A stretch of 64,000 bases of DNA from Chthoniobacterales bacterium (lineage in GTDB: Bacteria > Verrucomicrobiota > Verrucomicrobiia > Chthoniobacterales > Chthoniobacteraceae), in the NCBI GenBank assembly GCA_038207335.1, contig JBBQZX010000025.1, forward strand, positions 1 through 64,000, read 5' to 3'. This document shows, piece after piece, positions 8,852 to 26,959 of this stretch. A program made the translations under genes and the position numbers. The notes beneath the pieces were generated by a model. It was not told the origin of the DNA and ran no database searches. It worked only from the letters and a program-made list of their open reading frames with translations. Every line of letters starts with the position of its first letter. Position 1 is the first letter of the stretch.

Positions 8852-10180
8852 ATGCAAAACCACTTCTGCGCGGTCTTTTTGAAAATCGGTGCCTGCTGCG
8901 CGTTGCTAAACGCGCTCGTCGGCTGCGAGTCGCTTAGCCACTATCCGGCGGGCGGATCGCCCGACCGCGCATTCATCACGTATTGGCCGGATGCCGGAAA
9001 GCGTGGCGGACTGCGCCTCGCGGTGAAGGATCTCATCGACATGAAAGGCGAGGTGACCACAGCGGGGTCCGAATATTTCGCGAAAAGCGCGCCGCCTGCA
9101 AAGCGCGATGCCGCCTGCCTCGCAATCGCACGAGAGCGAAATGTGGCCATCGTGGGAAAAGCGAATACCACGGAGCTTGCGATCGGCGTCTCGGGGATCA
9201 ATCGCTATTTCGGCACGCCGAAAAATCCTCTCACCCGGCGACGCAACTTGATCCCCGGCGGCTCCTCGTGCGGCCCCGCCGTAGCGGTGGCGAGCGGCAT
9301 GGCGGATGTGGCGTTTGGTACCGACACGGGCGGCTCAATTCGCGTGCCTGCGGCGTGTTGCGGCGTCCTCGGGCTGAAGACTACGTTCGGTCTCATCCCG
9401 CTCGACGGCGTCTATCCCATCGCGCCGACGCGGCTCGATACGATCGGGCCGCTGGCAAAAGATATGCCGCGGCTTGTGCAGGGGATGGATTTGCTGCAGC
9501 GCGGTTTTGCGGACCGGTATCGCGCGGCGGTCGCGGCGCGTCCCGCGGCCGGGCGGATTAAAGTCGGGCGTCTGCGCGTGCCGGGCGCCGATCCGAAAAT
9601 CGAGCTCGCGATCGACGAGGCACTTGCCGCGGCCGGGTTTCAGGTCGTCGAGCTCGGCAACGATTTCAAGAAGGCGTGGGTGCAGGCGGAGAAAGATGGG
9701 AACACCGTTTCGGCATCTAGCGCGTGGCTTTCGGATGCGAAATTCCGCAGCCAGCCTGGCATTCGGACGAGGACGAAAGCCGTCGTTGCGCTGGGCCAGT
9801 TTGAATACACCGTGAACTATCGCGACGCGCTTCGGCGGATTCCCGCGTGGCGAGTCACGCTCTCGCAAATGCTGCGACGCGTGGATTTCATCGCGCTGCC
9901 AACGATCAAACAACTCCCGCCTACGCTCCCACTTTTCGGAGGCACCGCGCTTTTCGAGGCAAAAGTCCTGACGATGCAAAACACCGTCGCGGTGAATCTG
10001 GCGGGCAACCCCGCGCTCGCGCTGCCCATCCCCGTCGCGGACCGCCGCGTGCCAGTCACGAGCCTGCAATTGATTGGCCCGCGTCTCGGCGAAGCGCAGC
10101 TCCTGAACGCCGCGCGCCTCGTCGTGACCGGCCTCGCGACTCCCGGTCCACACGGCCTCGCGGCAGCGCGGCGGCGATGA
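8852..10180 (+). CDS. Amidase signature (GatA/FAAH-like) enzyme, probable lipoprotein
   Basis: LAVKDLID (Lys), GGSSCG and GTDTGGSIRVPA (Ser-cisSer-Lys triad); N-terminal lipobox-like ALVGC. Confidence 0.88.
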   Translation: MQNHFCAVFLKIGACCALLNALVGCESLSHYPAGGSPDRAFITYWPDAGKRGGLRLAVKDLIDMKGEVTTAGSEYFAKSAPPAKRDAACLAIARERNVAIVGKANTTELAIGVSGINRYFGTPKNPLTRRRNLIPGGSSCGPAVAVASGMADVAFGTDTGGSIRVPAACCGVLGLKTTFGLIPLDGVYPIAPTRLDTIGPLAKDMPRLVQGMDLLQRGFADRYRAAVAARPAAGRIKVGRLRVPGADPKIELAIDEALAAAGFQVVELGNDFKKAWVQAEKDGNTVSASSAWLSDAKFRSQPGIRTRTKAVVALGQFEYTVNYRDALRRIPAWRVTLSQMLRRVDFIALPTIKQLPPTLPLFGGTALFEAKVLTMQNTVAVNLAGNPALALPIPVADRRVPVTSLQLIGPRLGEAQLLNAARLVVTGLATPGPHGLAAARRR

Positions 10181-10191
10181 GGAAGTAGCCC

Positions 10192-10956
10192 ATGCATCCC
10201 CTCCCTTATCTCCTCCGCGCCGCGCTCGTCCTCCTTTTCGCCGGCAGCGCGCTCGGCGCCGAGTCCCCCGATGAACTGATGAAACGTGGCGACGCCCTCG
10301 ACCAGCGGCTCGCGGCTGGCGAAGCGCTGAATTTTTACCTGCCCGCAGAAAAGCTTGAACCAAAGAACGCACGCCTCCTCACCCGCATCGCCCGTCAGTA
10401 CCGGCATCTCATGGCGGATGCGCCATCGAATGCCGAGAAACTGCGCCTCGGTAGCATCGCGCTCGACTATGACAGGCGCGCCGCCGCAGCCGATCCCAGC
10501 GACTCGGACGCACAGCTTTCCGTCGCAATCTCGCTCGGAAAAATGCTGCCGCTTCTCGGCTCGAAAGCGCAGGTCGAGGCGTCTCCACGCATCAAGGCCG
10601 CGGCAGACAAAGCTCTCGAACTCGACCCGCGCAATGACCTCGCATGGCACATCCTCGGCCGCTGGAATCGCATCCTCGCCGACGTGGGTGGGGTGAAGCG
10701 CGCGCTCGCCGGAGTCATCTACGGATCGCTCCCCGTTGGCTCTAACGCTGAGGCCGCGCGCTGCCTGGAAAAGGCGGTTGCGATCAATCCGAACCGCCTC
10801 ATTCACTACGTTGAACTCGGCCGGATTTACGCACAGATGGGGCGAAAGGACGACGCCCGCGGGATGCTGAAAAAGGGTCTCTCCATGCCCAGCCTCGAGA
10901 AGGACGACCCCGAGGCTAAGAGCCAGGCACGGGACGTCTTGAAGCAACTTCGGTAG
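10192..10956 (+). CDS. Secreted TPR-like helical repeat protein
   Basis: Signal peptide (ALVLLFAGSALG-A); TPR-like ADKALELDPRNDLAWHILG and LEKAVAINPNRLIHYVELGRIY. Confidence 0.75.
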   Translation: MHPLPYLLRAALVLLFAGSALGAESPDELMKRGDALDQRLAAGEALNFYLPAEKLEPKNARLLTRIARQYRHLMADAPSNAEKLRLGSIALDYDRRAAAADPSDSDAQLSVAISLGKMLPLLGSKAQVEASPRIKAAADKALELDPRNDLAWHILGRWNRILADVGGVKRALAGVIYGSLPVGSNAEAARCLEKAVAINPNRLIHYVELGRIYAQMGRKDDARGMLKKGLSMPSLEKDDPEAKSQARDVLKQLR

Positions 10957-10999
10957 AGTTGAGCTCCAGATCCGGCGAGGTATCAGCGCGTGGAAACGC

Positions 11000-12934
11000 T
11001 CACACCCCGCCGATGAACTCGCGATGCCAAAGCTGCGTGGCGACGACCGCGCAGAGGCCCATCTCGACGGACAGGCGCGGCATCGAGCCGACGCGCATCT
11101 CGCGGAATGCGCGGCGCCAGTGGGTTACTTGTTTCACATCGAAATAGCCCGTTTTGCGCAGCGCCGCTTCGCTCAAGAGCTCGGCCACGAATGCCGGCTC
11201 GGGGTCCATGTGAAAGCTGTCCAGCGGCGCGCGGAAGATGACCTTATGCCGCCGTGCGATCGATTTCGGCACCCACCGCTCGGCGAGTTGCCGCAGGAGA
11301 TATTTGTCCCGAAAGCCGCGCAGTTTCCAGCTCGGGTGCAGCTTCGCTGTGAAGTCGAACACATCTTCATCGAGAAACGGATACCGCACTTCGACCGACG
11401 AATTCATCGCCACACGGTCGCCTTTCGCCTGCAGTAAATGGCCCGCGAGCGTCACGCGGCCTGCGACCCAAATGCCGCGATTTAGCGGGTGCCATCGCTT
11501 CGCACGCTCGATCGGGAATTGCAGATCGGCCCACGGATTCGACTGTGCCAAGACTTCGCGCATCGATTCGGAATAAAATCGCAGCTTCGAGATCGCGAGC
11601 AGCCCGTAGGCATCCACCCACGCGTTTGGCCCGCCGACCGATGCCTCAACCGTGTGTCGCCACGAGGCCGGATAGTGCGGCACATTTTGCAACCGCAAAA
11701 AGCCTCGCCGCGCAACATCCGCGAGCGGCAGTCCGGGAATCGCATTCAGCACGCCGATGATTTTAGCGAGTTTGTACCAAGGGTATCCGAGCAGCCACTC
11801 GTCCGATCCCTCGCCCGTAAGCACAACTTTTTGGCCGCACGCGTGGACCTTTCGCGCGAGCTGCAGCAGCGCCGCGCAGGAGGTATCGATCACCGGGGCC
11901 TCCGCCGCTCGGATCAGTTCAGGATACGTCTCCAGCGCATCGCTCGCACGGAAATCCTGCACGATCGGCGGTTTCGTCCCGACGTGCCGCGCGGTCTCGT
12001 TTGCGGCATCGAGCTCATCGAGCTCCGGCGAGTCCACGCGGATCGTGTAGGTGTTGATGGCGGGGCCTTTCAGGTGGCACGCGAGCGCCACGATCATGCT
12101 GGAATCCACCCCGCCGGAAAGATACGCACCGACCGGCACATCGGCCCGCAGCCGCTCCTCCACGGCGTGCAGCAGCACCTTTTCAAAATCATCCACCACC
12201 CGCTTCGGGTCGCCGCGCTCTTCATCGCCGGCGTCCGGAAAATTCATTTCCCAGTAAGCCCGCTCTTCGATTTCCGCGCTATTGCCGGTTCCGGCCGATG
12301 GTGAGATTTCGAGAAAATGACCCGCTCGCAGAAGCTGCACCTTTTCAAAACAAGTCACCGGACCCGGCACGGCGGCGAATGTGAAAACGTGATCAAGCCC
12401 GCGCCGGTCGGGCCGCACCGGCACCATGCCGGAGGCGAGCAGGCCCTTGATCTCCGACGCGAAAAGCAGCCAGTCGCCGTGGCGGCTCCAATACAATGGC
12501 GCGATGCCGAACCGATCGCGCCCGAGCAGCAGTCGCCGCCGCTTTTCATCCCACAGCGCGACCGCGAACTGTCCGCGCAACCGCGCAAAAACATCGGCGC
12601 CGGCTTCTTCGTAAGTGTGCGGGATTATCTCCGTGTCGCAGTGCGTGCGGAGGCGGTGGCCGCGCGCCTCCAGTTCCGCTCGGCGCTCGGCGTGGTCGAA
12701 AAGCTCGCCATTGAAGACGACGGACACGTCGCCCGATTCGTTCGACATCGGTTGCTGCCCATCCGCGAGGCCGACGATGCTGAGCCGCCGCATCCCGAGC
12801 GCGAGCCCCGGCCGCACCAGGTATCCCTCCTCATCCGGGCCGCGATGGATGAGCGCGCGCGTCATTTTTTCGATGACGCCGGAAGGCACCGTTTGGTTGC
12901 TGGAGAGTCCGATGATGCCTGCGATGCCGCACAT
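11000..12934 (-). CDS. asnB: Asparagine synthetase B-family glutamine amidotransferase
   Basis: N-terminal MCGIAG, HRGPD, RRLSI, FNGE, YLSGGVDSS, LTGEGSDE, EVRYPFLD. Confidence 0.92.
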   Translation of the reverse strand: MCGIAGIIGLSSNQTVPSGVIEKMTRALIHRGPDEEGYLVRPGLALGMRRLSIVGLADGQQPMSNESGDVSVVFNGELFDHAERRAELEARGHRLRTHCDTEIIPHTYEEAGADVFARLRGQFAVALWDEKRRRLLLGRDRFGIAPLYWSRHGDWLLFASEIKGLLASGMVPVRPDRRGLDHVFTFAAVPGPVTCFEKVQLLRAGHFLEISPSAGTGNSAEIEERAYWEMNFPDAGDEERGDPKRVVDDFEKVLLHAVEERLRADVPVGAYLSGGVDSSMIVALACHLKGPAINTYTIRVDSPELDELDAANETARHVGTKPPIVQDFRASDALETYPELIRAAEAPVIDTSCAALLQLARKVHACGQKVVLTGEGSDEWLLGYPWYKLAKIIGVLNAIPGLPLADVARRGFLRLQNVPHYPASWRHTVEASVGGPNAWVDAYGLLAISKLRFYSESMREVLAQSNPWADLQFPIERAKRWHPLNRGIWVAGRVTLAGHLLQAKGDRVAMNSSVEVRYPFLDEDVFDFTAKLHPSWKLRGFRDKYLLRQLAERWVPKSIARRHKVIFRAPLDSFHMDPEPAFVAELLSEAALRKTGYFDVKQVTHWRRAFREMRVGSMPRLSVEMGLCAVVATQLWHREFIGGV

Positions 12935-13109
12935 AGAGTTGTCCCACTACTTCGGGCCTCGTCCACGGCGCAACCGTCTTTTTTGGCGCCTAAGTGGAAG
13001 TCCGTAGGATCAACCGCTTTCCAGATTCCGAATCGTCTTTTTACAGTCCACAGAGATGCGCGCGATCCGAGCGCGACCTTGACGTTATAAATCCGCGCCC
13101 GAAATCTTC

Positions 13110-13730
13110 ATGCAATCCATAGGCTCAATCCTTTCCCGCGTTGGCGAAAAAATCTTCCCGTTCCGACTCGCCATCGGTCTGGCCATCGCGCTATTCGCGC
13201 TCGAGTGGCTGAGTCCTCGTCCGTTCTTCGCCCCGCACTATCGCCTGCTCCACGGCCTCGCGTTGCTCGTGATCGCAGGGGGGCTCGCGCTGCGGGCGTG
13301 GGCCGCCGGGCACGCCGGAGGCCACACGCGATCCGGCGAGATCGAGGCGGGGTCGCTTGCCACGGGCGGCCCATTCGGCCACGTCCGCAATCCCATCTAC
13401 GTCGGCAGCATGTGCCTCGGCTTGGGCATGTCGCTCCTCATTGGCGACCCGTGCGCCCTTCTCTTTTCGGCGATCGCCTTCACCATTCTCTACCTCGCAA
13501 TCATCCCAGCTGAGGAGCGCTTCCTCAGCATGCGTTTCGGCTCTGAATACGCCGCCTACTGCGCATCGGTCCCGCGCCTTTTCCCCAGGCTCACACGGTG
13601 GAAAAATGACCCACCAATTCGGTTCCGATGGCGCGCCGCCGCCGGCGAGTTCTGGATTTTCCTCATCCTCGTGGCGATCTACGCGGCGCTCTTGTTCGAG
13701 GAACATTTGGACGCGATCGGACTCTCGTAA
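13110..13730 (+). CDS. Isoprenylcysteine carboxyl/phospholipid methyltransferase (ICMT/PEMT) family membrane protein
   Basis: LATGGPFGHVRNPIYVG and EERFLSMRFGSEYAAYCASVPR motifs; multiple TM helices. Confidence 0.85.
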   Translation: MQSIGSILSRVGEKIFPFRLAIGLAIALFALEWLSPRPFFAPHYRLLHGLALLVIAGGLALRAWAAGHAGGHTRSGEIEAGSLATGGPFGHVRNPIYVGSMCLGLGMSLLIGDPCALLFSAIAFTILYLAIIPAEERFLSMRFGSEYAAYCASVPRLFPRLTRWKNDPPIRFRWRAAAGEFWIFLILVAIYAALLFEEHLDAIGLS

Positions 13731-13825
13731 AATGCAACCGGGGACTATTCCCGGGGGCGAAGATCGCCCCTTGTCAGACTTCTGTTCCACCCCGAACGTC
13801 CGCGCTCCATTTTCACCACGCTTTT

Positions 13826-21472
<7,647 letters not shown>

Positions 21473-21483
21473 GAGACACAGGG

Positions 21484-22815
21484 ATGCCCGACGACAAACG
21501 CGCCCGGCTGAAGCAATGGCTCGCCAGCGGCGAGGCTCGGCTGCATCCGCTCACGTTTCCACAGCGCGAATTGTGGGAGGCCTCACCCGCGCCTCCGGGC
21601 GATGCGTCGAATCACATCTGCTGTATCATCAAAGTCCGGGGATCGGCCACCACAGGGGATTGCCGGGCGGCGCTGCAGCTTGTCGTCGATCACCAAGAGG
21701 CGCTGCGTCTTTCGTTTTTGCCTGGAAAGGACGGGCCGCTTCAGCTCGTGAGGCGCAACGCTGAGGCGAATGTCCGCTTCCGCGATTTGTCACCCGCCGA
21801 CGGCCAACCTGAGGCGATTGAGGAACAGGCACGCGAGATTTTTTGCGAGCCATTCGACCTCCTCCAAGGGCCGCTTTACCGTATGGAGGTGATCCGGCGC
21901 AGCGAAGGGGATTTCGTCATGCCCCTCGCGATTCATCACGCGATCGCCGATGGCTGGACACTCGGGATTTTCGTTCGCGACTTGTGCGGCGCGTATCTCC
22001 AGCGAGCAATGGGTGCAAAGGAAACCCCGCCCGCGCTCCCCCTTTCCTACACGGGCTGGGGGGCCGAGGAGGGTGCCTTTTGGACGCCGCCCGAGCTTGA
22101 AAAGCGCGCCGCATTTTGGAGACCCGCACTCGCCGGATCGCGCAGGCTCTGGAACTCGTCGTCGTCGCCCGAGCCGCTCCAGCACAGGGTCTTCGAGCTA
22201 CCTATGGAACTTGCGAAAGCAGCGCGCAGGGTCGCGAAGCGCACCGGAGCCACACTTTTCTCGACCCTGCTCGCGGTATTCCAAATCACGCTATTCAAAC
22301 GCACCGGCGAGACGGACATCGTCGTCGGCTCACCCGTCGCAAATCGCGCAAAGCAAGCCGTTCGCGAGACGATGGGCTATTTCTCGGGCGTCGTGCCACT
22401 GCGCAGCGAGGTCGATCCAGCTCGCACATTCGCCGAGAGCCTGCGCGGCGTGCAGCAGATGACCGTCGATGCTTTTGCCAACGCGATGCCCTTCGCCGAA
22501 CTCGCGCGCTCGCTCGGCGAACCGGGCGCTCCCGGCCGCAACCCGATCTTCGAGGTCCGCTTCGCCTTGCAAAATCATCCAGTGCCCGACATCGCGATGC
22601 CCGGTCTCTCCGCCCAACTCCGCATGCGCTCAACCGGCACGCCGCGGTGCGATCTCGCGTGCGAGATCACCGAAAAGGGCGAAGCGCTGGAAGTTGTCTG
22701 GCTTTTTCGTCCGCACCTCTTTTCGCTGGATGACATCGGCGAATTGAATCGCATCTTTCATTCCGTACTCGTCGCCGCCTGCCGCGCGCCCGACGAACGC
22801 TTGAACGCTCAATGA
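21484..22815 (+). CDS. Stand-alone NRPS-type condensation domain protein
   Basis: PLTFPQRELW, HQEALR, PFDLLQGPLYR, catalytic HHAIADGW, DIVVGSPVANR, RNPIFEV. No A or T domain. Confidence 0.92.
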   Translation: MPDDKRARLKQWLASGEARLHPLTFPQRELWEASPAPPGDASNHICCIIKVRGSATTGDCRAALQLVVDHQEALRLSFLPGKDGPLQLVRRNAEANVRFRDLSPADGQPEAIEEQAREIFCEPFDLLQGPLYRMEVIRRSEGDFVMPLAIHHAIADGWTLGIFVRDLCGAYLQRAMGAKETPPALPLSYTGWGAEEGAFWTPPELEKRAAFWRPALAGSRRLWNSSSSPEPLQHRVFELPMELAKAARRVAKRTGATLFSTLLAVFQITLFKRTGETDIVVGSPVANRAKQAVRETMGYFSGVVPLRSEVDPARTFAESLRGVQQMTVDAFANAMPFAELARSLGEPGAPGRNPIFEVRFALQNHPVPDIAMPGLSAQLRMRSTGTPRCDLACEITEKGEALEVVWLFRPHLFSLDDIGELNRIFHSVLVAACRAPDERLNAQ

Positions 22816-23774
22816 ATTCCACGATCCTCGAAGCCTCCGAAACCGATGCGCCCGAGCCTCACTGGTTCGCTCGCGCTGCATTCCCGGTGATTTCCCTGGC
22901 CTCGATCACCGTCCTCGGGACGCTCGGTTTCGCAGTGAATCGCGCACTGTATTTGCTGGCCGTGCCGCTCGTTTTGCTCACAGGCCATTTTATGCACGGG
23001 CAGCTCATCGGTTTTCACGAAGCCTCGCACGGCATGTTGCGCAAAAGCCGCCGGCTCAACGAAATCGACGGGATATTCATCGGCGTCCTCAGCTTCATGA
23101 GCTTCACGCTCTACCGCGCTGCGCATCAGACGCACCACATGCATCTCGGCACGGTGCGCGACGAAGAACTTTGGCCATTTGTGCTTCCGGAAATGCCGCG
23201 CTGGCGACGAGTTCTCGCCGCATTTCTGGAGCTTTTCGTTGGGCTCGCATTCACGCCATATCTCTTCCTCCGCACCTTCTTCCGCGCAGGTTCGCCGATC
23301 CGAAGCAAGAGGGTGCGCCGCCGGGTTTGGGCTGAACTGGCGTTGATCGCGGGCTTTTGGATCATCTTCCTTTCCTCGATCGCGGTGTTCGATTTGTGGA
23401 AATATTTCCTCTGGATGTATCTGGCGCCGTCGATCATCGCGGGCAATTTGCAGAGCTGGCGTAAATACATCGAGCACGTCGGGATGACCGGCTCCACCAT
23501 CCGCGGCGGCACGCGCAGCATCGTCGCGGAGGGTCCAATCGGGCGGCTCGTTTCATTCACGCTTTTGCATGAGCCGTATCACGGCGTGCATCATCAGCGC
23601 GCCGGATTATCGCACGCAGAGCTTCCGTTTTTTGCCGCCGATCTCGCACCCTCCGAACCGGATGAATTCGCGCCTTTCCCGAGCTACCGCCACGCGTTTT
23701 TGCACCTCATCCGAGAGCTGGGCGACCCGCGAGTCGGCGCGCAATGGCGCCGCGCGAACACGGCGCACAAGTGA
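22812..23774 (+). CDS. Membrane fatty acid desaturase/hydroxylase family
   Basis: Three His boxes (HEASH, HQTHH, HGVHH) and TM helices; ATGA overlap with the C-domain gene. Confidence 0.9.
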   Translation: MNSTILEASETDAPEPHWFARAAFPVISLASITVLGTLGFAVNRALYLLAVPLVLLTGHFMHGQLIGFHEASHGMLRKSRRLNEIDGIFIGVLSFMSFTLYRAAHQTHHMHLGTVRDEELWPFVLPEMPRWRRVLAAFLELFVGLAFTPYLFLRTFFRAGSPIRSKRVRRRVWAELALIAGFWIIFLSSIAVFDLWKYFLWMYLAPSIIAGNLQSWRKYIEHVGMTGSTIRGGTRSIVAEGPIGRLVSFTLLHEPYHGVHHQRAGLSHAELPFFAADLAPSEPDEFAPFPSYRHAFLHLIRELGDPRVGAQWRRANTAHK

Positions 23775-23852
23775 TTTCAGAACCAGTCATGCGCGCCGCG
23801 GCGATTCATCTTGGTATGCGACCCCTACGGTCGAATCTCTCCACCCACTGAC

Positions 23853-24578
23853 GTGCCACAAGACACCGAAACAGCATCCGCGTCCGAGCGAATTTTCGAG
23901 GCTGCGGGGCTGAAGAAAGATTACGACGACGGCCAGGTGCAGGCGCTGCGCGGGCTGGATTTTCAGATCGATCGCGGCGAATTCGTCGCGATCGTCGGCC
24001 CGAGCGGATGCGGAAAAAGCACGCTGCTGCAAATGCTCGGCGCACTCGACCGGCCGAGCGCGGGCTCGCTTGCCTACAGCGGAAAGTCGCTCGGCGACAT
24101 GGCCGATGCCGCTGCGTATCGCGCCCGCGAGATCGGCTTCATCTTCCAGGCGTTTCATCTGCTGCCGACTTTCACGGCGCTGGAAAATGTGCAAATCCCG
24201 ATGTTCGAGACGGACCGTCCGCTCGCGGAGCGAAAAGCGCGCGCCATCGAGCTGCTGACCTCGGTCGGGCTTGCACAACGGCTCGATCATTTCCCATCGA
24301 AACTCAGCGGCGGCGAACGGCAGCGCGTGGCGATCGCGCGCAGCCTCGCCAATGAGCCGTGCGTGCTGCTCGCAGACGAACCTACGGGCAATCTCGACAG
24401 CGAAAGCTCACTCCACATTTTGACCCTCCTCACGCGGCTGCACGCCGAACGGCGCATGACGCTCGTGCTCGTGACGCACGACATGACCGTGGCCCGCCGC
24501 GCCTCGCGCGCGCTGCGGATGAAGGACGGTCGCATCGTTTTCGACGGCAGCCCCGCGGAGTTGCACGCGGAGATTTAA
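23853..24578 (+). CDS. ABC transporter ATP-binding protein (LolD/MacB-like)
   Basis: GPSGCGKST, LSGGERQRVAIAR, LLADEPTGNLD, VTHD. Start codon uncertain. Confidence 0.92.
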   Translation: MPQDTETASASERIFEAAGLKKDYDDGQVQALRGLDFQIDRGEFVAIVGPSGCGKSTLLQMLGALDRPSAGSLAYSGKSLGDMADAAAYRAREIGFIFQAFHLLPTFTALENVQIPMFETDRPLAERKARAIELLTSVGLAQRLDHFPSKLSGGERQRVAIARSLANEPCVLLADEPTGNLDSESSLHILTLLTRLHAERRMTLVLVTHDMTVARRASRALRMKDGRIVFDGSPAELHAEI

Positions 24579-24579
24579 A

Positions 24580-25695
24580 ATGACTTTTTTCTCCGTCATC
24601 CTCCGCGGGCTTTTGCGTCGGCCCGTCCGCACCGCGCTCACACTCGGCGGCATCTCGATCGGCATCGGCGCGGTCGTCGCGCTCGTCGGCATGTCGCGCG
24701 GATTCGAGACGAGCTGGACGGATGGAATGAAGTCTCGCGGCACCGACATCGTGGTCAACAACATGGGCACCTCGCTCGTGCCGAAGCCATTTCCCGCAGC
24801 AGTGCGCGACCGCATCGCGGCGCTGCCTGGCATCGCGGCGACTTGCGAAATTCTGGTCGAACTCGAGAGCGTCGAGAGCGCAGACATGACGATCATCTCG
24901 GGGCGCGAATGGGGCGGATTTTCGTGGGGCAATCTGAAGCCGGTGGAGGGACGCTTGCCGCTGGATGCCACGGAAAAAGCGGCGGTGCTCGGCAAGTCGG
25001 TGGCTGAGATTTTAAAAAAGAAAATAGGCGACCCGATACAGATCGAGACGGAGGAACTCACCGTAGTCGGGATCGTCGATGGCGGCGCAGTCGTGGAAAA
25101 TGGATCGGTGATCCTGTCGCTGCCGCTGCTCCAGCAGATCACAGGGAACGAAGGTCGCATCAACATCATCGACGTGCGGGTGGCGCCCGGCTCGAACGAG
25201 GCGGCGGTGCGCGCGCTGTGCGACGAGATCACGCGGCGGGTGCCGGAGGCGCGCGCGTCGCCGGCGGATGAGCACATTCGCAACAGTCAGAGCTTTCGCA
25301 TCATCAACGCGATGAGCTGGGGCACGTCGCTGCTCGCTGTGCTCGTCGGCGTGCTCGGCGTCATGAATACGATGCTGATGACGGTCTTCGAGCGGCGGCA
25401 GGAGATTTCGATCCTGCTCGCGATCGGCTGGCGGCGCGCCCGCGTCGTGCGGATGATCCTGTGCGAATCCGCGCTGCTCGGGTTCTTCGGCGGCATCGTG
25501 GGCTCGGCACTCGGCGTCGCCGGGATGAAAGCGCTCGAGAAAACGCCGGCGATCCGAGGTCTCTTGAAGCCGGACCTGAGCGCGGGACTCATCGCTGCAT
25601 CGGTCGGCATCGCGGTCGTCGTCGGCGTTGTCAGCGGGCTTTACCCGGCGTGGCGCAGCTCGCGGCTGAGCCCGGCCGCGGCGCTCCAGGGCTGA
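24580..25695 (+). CDS. ABC transporter permease (MacB/FtsX/LolE-like)
   Basis: RRPVRTALTLGGISIG, large periplasmic loop, NTMLMTVFERRQEISIL, GLYPAWRSSRLSP. Confidence 0.9.
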   Translation: MTFFSVILRGLLRRPVRTALTLGGISIGIGAVVALVGMSRGFETSWTDGMKSRGTDIVVNNMGTSLVPKPFPAAVRDRIAALPGIAATCEILVELESVESADMTIISGREWGGFSWGNLKPVEGRLPLDATEKAAVLGKSVAEILKKKIGDPIQIETEELTVVGIVDGGAVVENGSVILSLPLLQQITGNEGRINIIDVRVAPGSNEAAVRALCDEITRRVPEARASPADEHIRNSQSFRIINAMSWGTSLLAVLVGVLGVMNTMLMTVFERRQEISILLAIGWRRARVVRMILCESALLGFFGGIVGSALGVAGMKALEKTPAIRGLLKPDLSAGLIAASVGIAVVVGVVSGLYPAWRSSRLSPAAALQG

Positions 25696-25735
25696 GCGCA
25701 CCGCCATGCCGGGCGCGCGCGGCGAATAGACTTTC

Positions 25736-26500
25736 GTGAATACACTCCTCCGCACCGCCGCCGCCGCCCTCGTCTCTGTCGCATTCGCCAGCGCCGCCGA
25801 GCCGGAAATTTCCGCGGCTGAGCTTGCCGGCCGGCTCGCCGCAAAGCAGCAGGACGGCTCCTCGCTCATCCACTTGAAAATGGACAACTCGGGCGCGGCG
25901 GGGGGCACGCTTCAGCTTCAGATCAAGTCTCGCTCAACCCCCGGAGGCGCCGAGCTCGTCTATCAAGTCCTCTGGCCAAAGGAGCGCAAAGGCGAAGCCG
26001 TCCTCTTGCGCCGCTCCGAAAATCAGGCGGCGACCGGCGCGGTCTTCACCCCGCGCGGTGGGGTACAGGGCCTCGGCCCAAAGCGAATCGACGAACCGCT
26101 CTTCGGCAGCGCATTGTCCTACGAGGACGCGATCGAGAACTTCTTCGCGTGGGGCCAGCAGGCGATCGCCGGTATGGAAACTGTCGATCGCGTGCCGTGC
26201 CAAATCCTCGAGTCCAAACCCGGCCGCGGCGACCACTCCTACTACACCAGCGTCCGCACTTGGGTGGACACGCGCCGCATGGTCCCGCTCCGCGTGGAGA
26301 AATACGCGCGCTCCGACAAGCCCGTCCGCTGGATCGAAACCACGCGCGTCGCCAACGACGACAACGGCCGCCCCGTCGCGGCGAACATCACAGTCCACGG
26401 TCCCGGCGGTGCCACCACCGACCTCGATGGCTCAAAAATCAAGCACGGCGCAACATTCACCGATGAGGAATTCACGCCCGATGGATTGAAAAATCCGTGA
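25736..26500 (+). CDS. Outer-membrane lipoprotein-sorting (LolA-like) periplasmic protein
   Basis: Signal peptide; PKERKGEAVL, LFGSALSYED, CQILESKP, YTSVRTWVD...PLRVEKY, as in LolA-like proteins found next to MacB-type ABC genes. Confidence 0.78.
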   Translation: MNTLLRTAAAALVSVAFASAAEPEISAAELAGRLAAKQQDGSSLIHLKMDNSGAAGGTLQLQIKSRSTPGGAELVYQVLWPKERKGEAVLLRRSENQAATGAVFTPRGGVQGLGPKRIDEPLFGSALSYEDAIENFFAWGQQAIAGMETVDRVPCQILESKPGRGDHSYYTSVRTWVDTRRMVPLRVEKYARSDKPVRWIETTRVANDDNGRPVAANITVHGPGGATTDLDGSKIKHGATFTDEEFTPDGLKNP

Positions 26501-26538
26501 GGCTGCCGCAACGCGGCGAATGCTCGTCGCTCTGAAAG

Positions 26539-26568
26539 AACCCCCCGCCCGTGTGGCTACTTCGGCGA
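26539..26568 (+). repeat. Isolated comM core sequence (att-like); direct repeat of 8398..8426
   Basis: aaccccccgcccgtgtggctacttcggcga vs aacccctgcccgtgcggctacttcggcga: 27 of 30 aligned columns identical. Preceded by atgctcgtcgct (MLVA), resembling the comM codons just upstream of NPCPCG. Confidence 0.8.
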
Positions 26569-26959
26569 AGCCGTCTAGTTGCCGCCACCCTGAGACACCA
26601 CATTCCCACCGCCTTGGGCGACGAAGATGACGCGGTCTCCGCGAGCGGGAGGACTCCGACGCCGTTGGTCAGTGCGAAGCCGTCGGTGACGGCGATCATC
26701 ACGCCGTGCGAGGAAACGCTCAGGCTGTTCGTAGGACCGTCGAGGTCGGTGTGATTGTGGCCGGAGATTGCGCCGCCGATGCCGTAGGAAAGACGCCGAG
26801 GCTTTCCCCGCCCAACCAACGTAATTGCCGGACCGCACGTTGGTGGAGAGCACGCGCGCGACCGCGGAAGCCGCGTTATGGGCGGAAACATAGGAAGGGG
26901 CGGTCTTCGATGGTAAAGGCGTCGAAATCGAGCCCCCGGCGACACTGCGCTCCCTCGGG

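Noticed and set aside
11000..12934. Lasso peptide cyclase
   Set aside because: It has an intact N-terminal Cys glutaminase domain, and no B protein, RRE or precursor peptide was seen.
13628..13825. N-terminal extension of the PKS ORF in the ORF track
   Set aside because: It overlaps the methyltransferase gene; the KS domain begins at ATG 13826.
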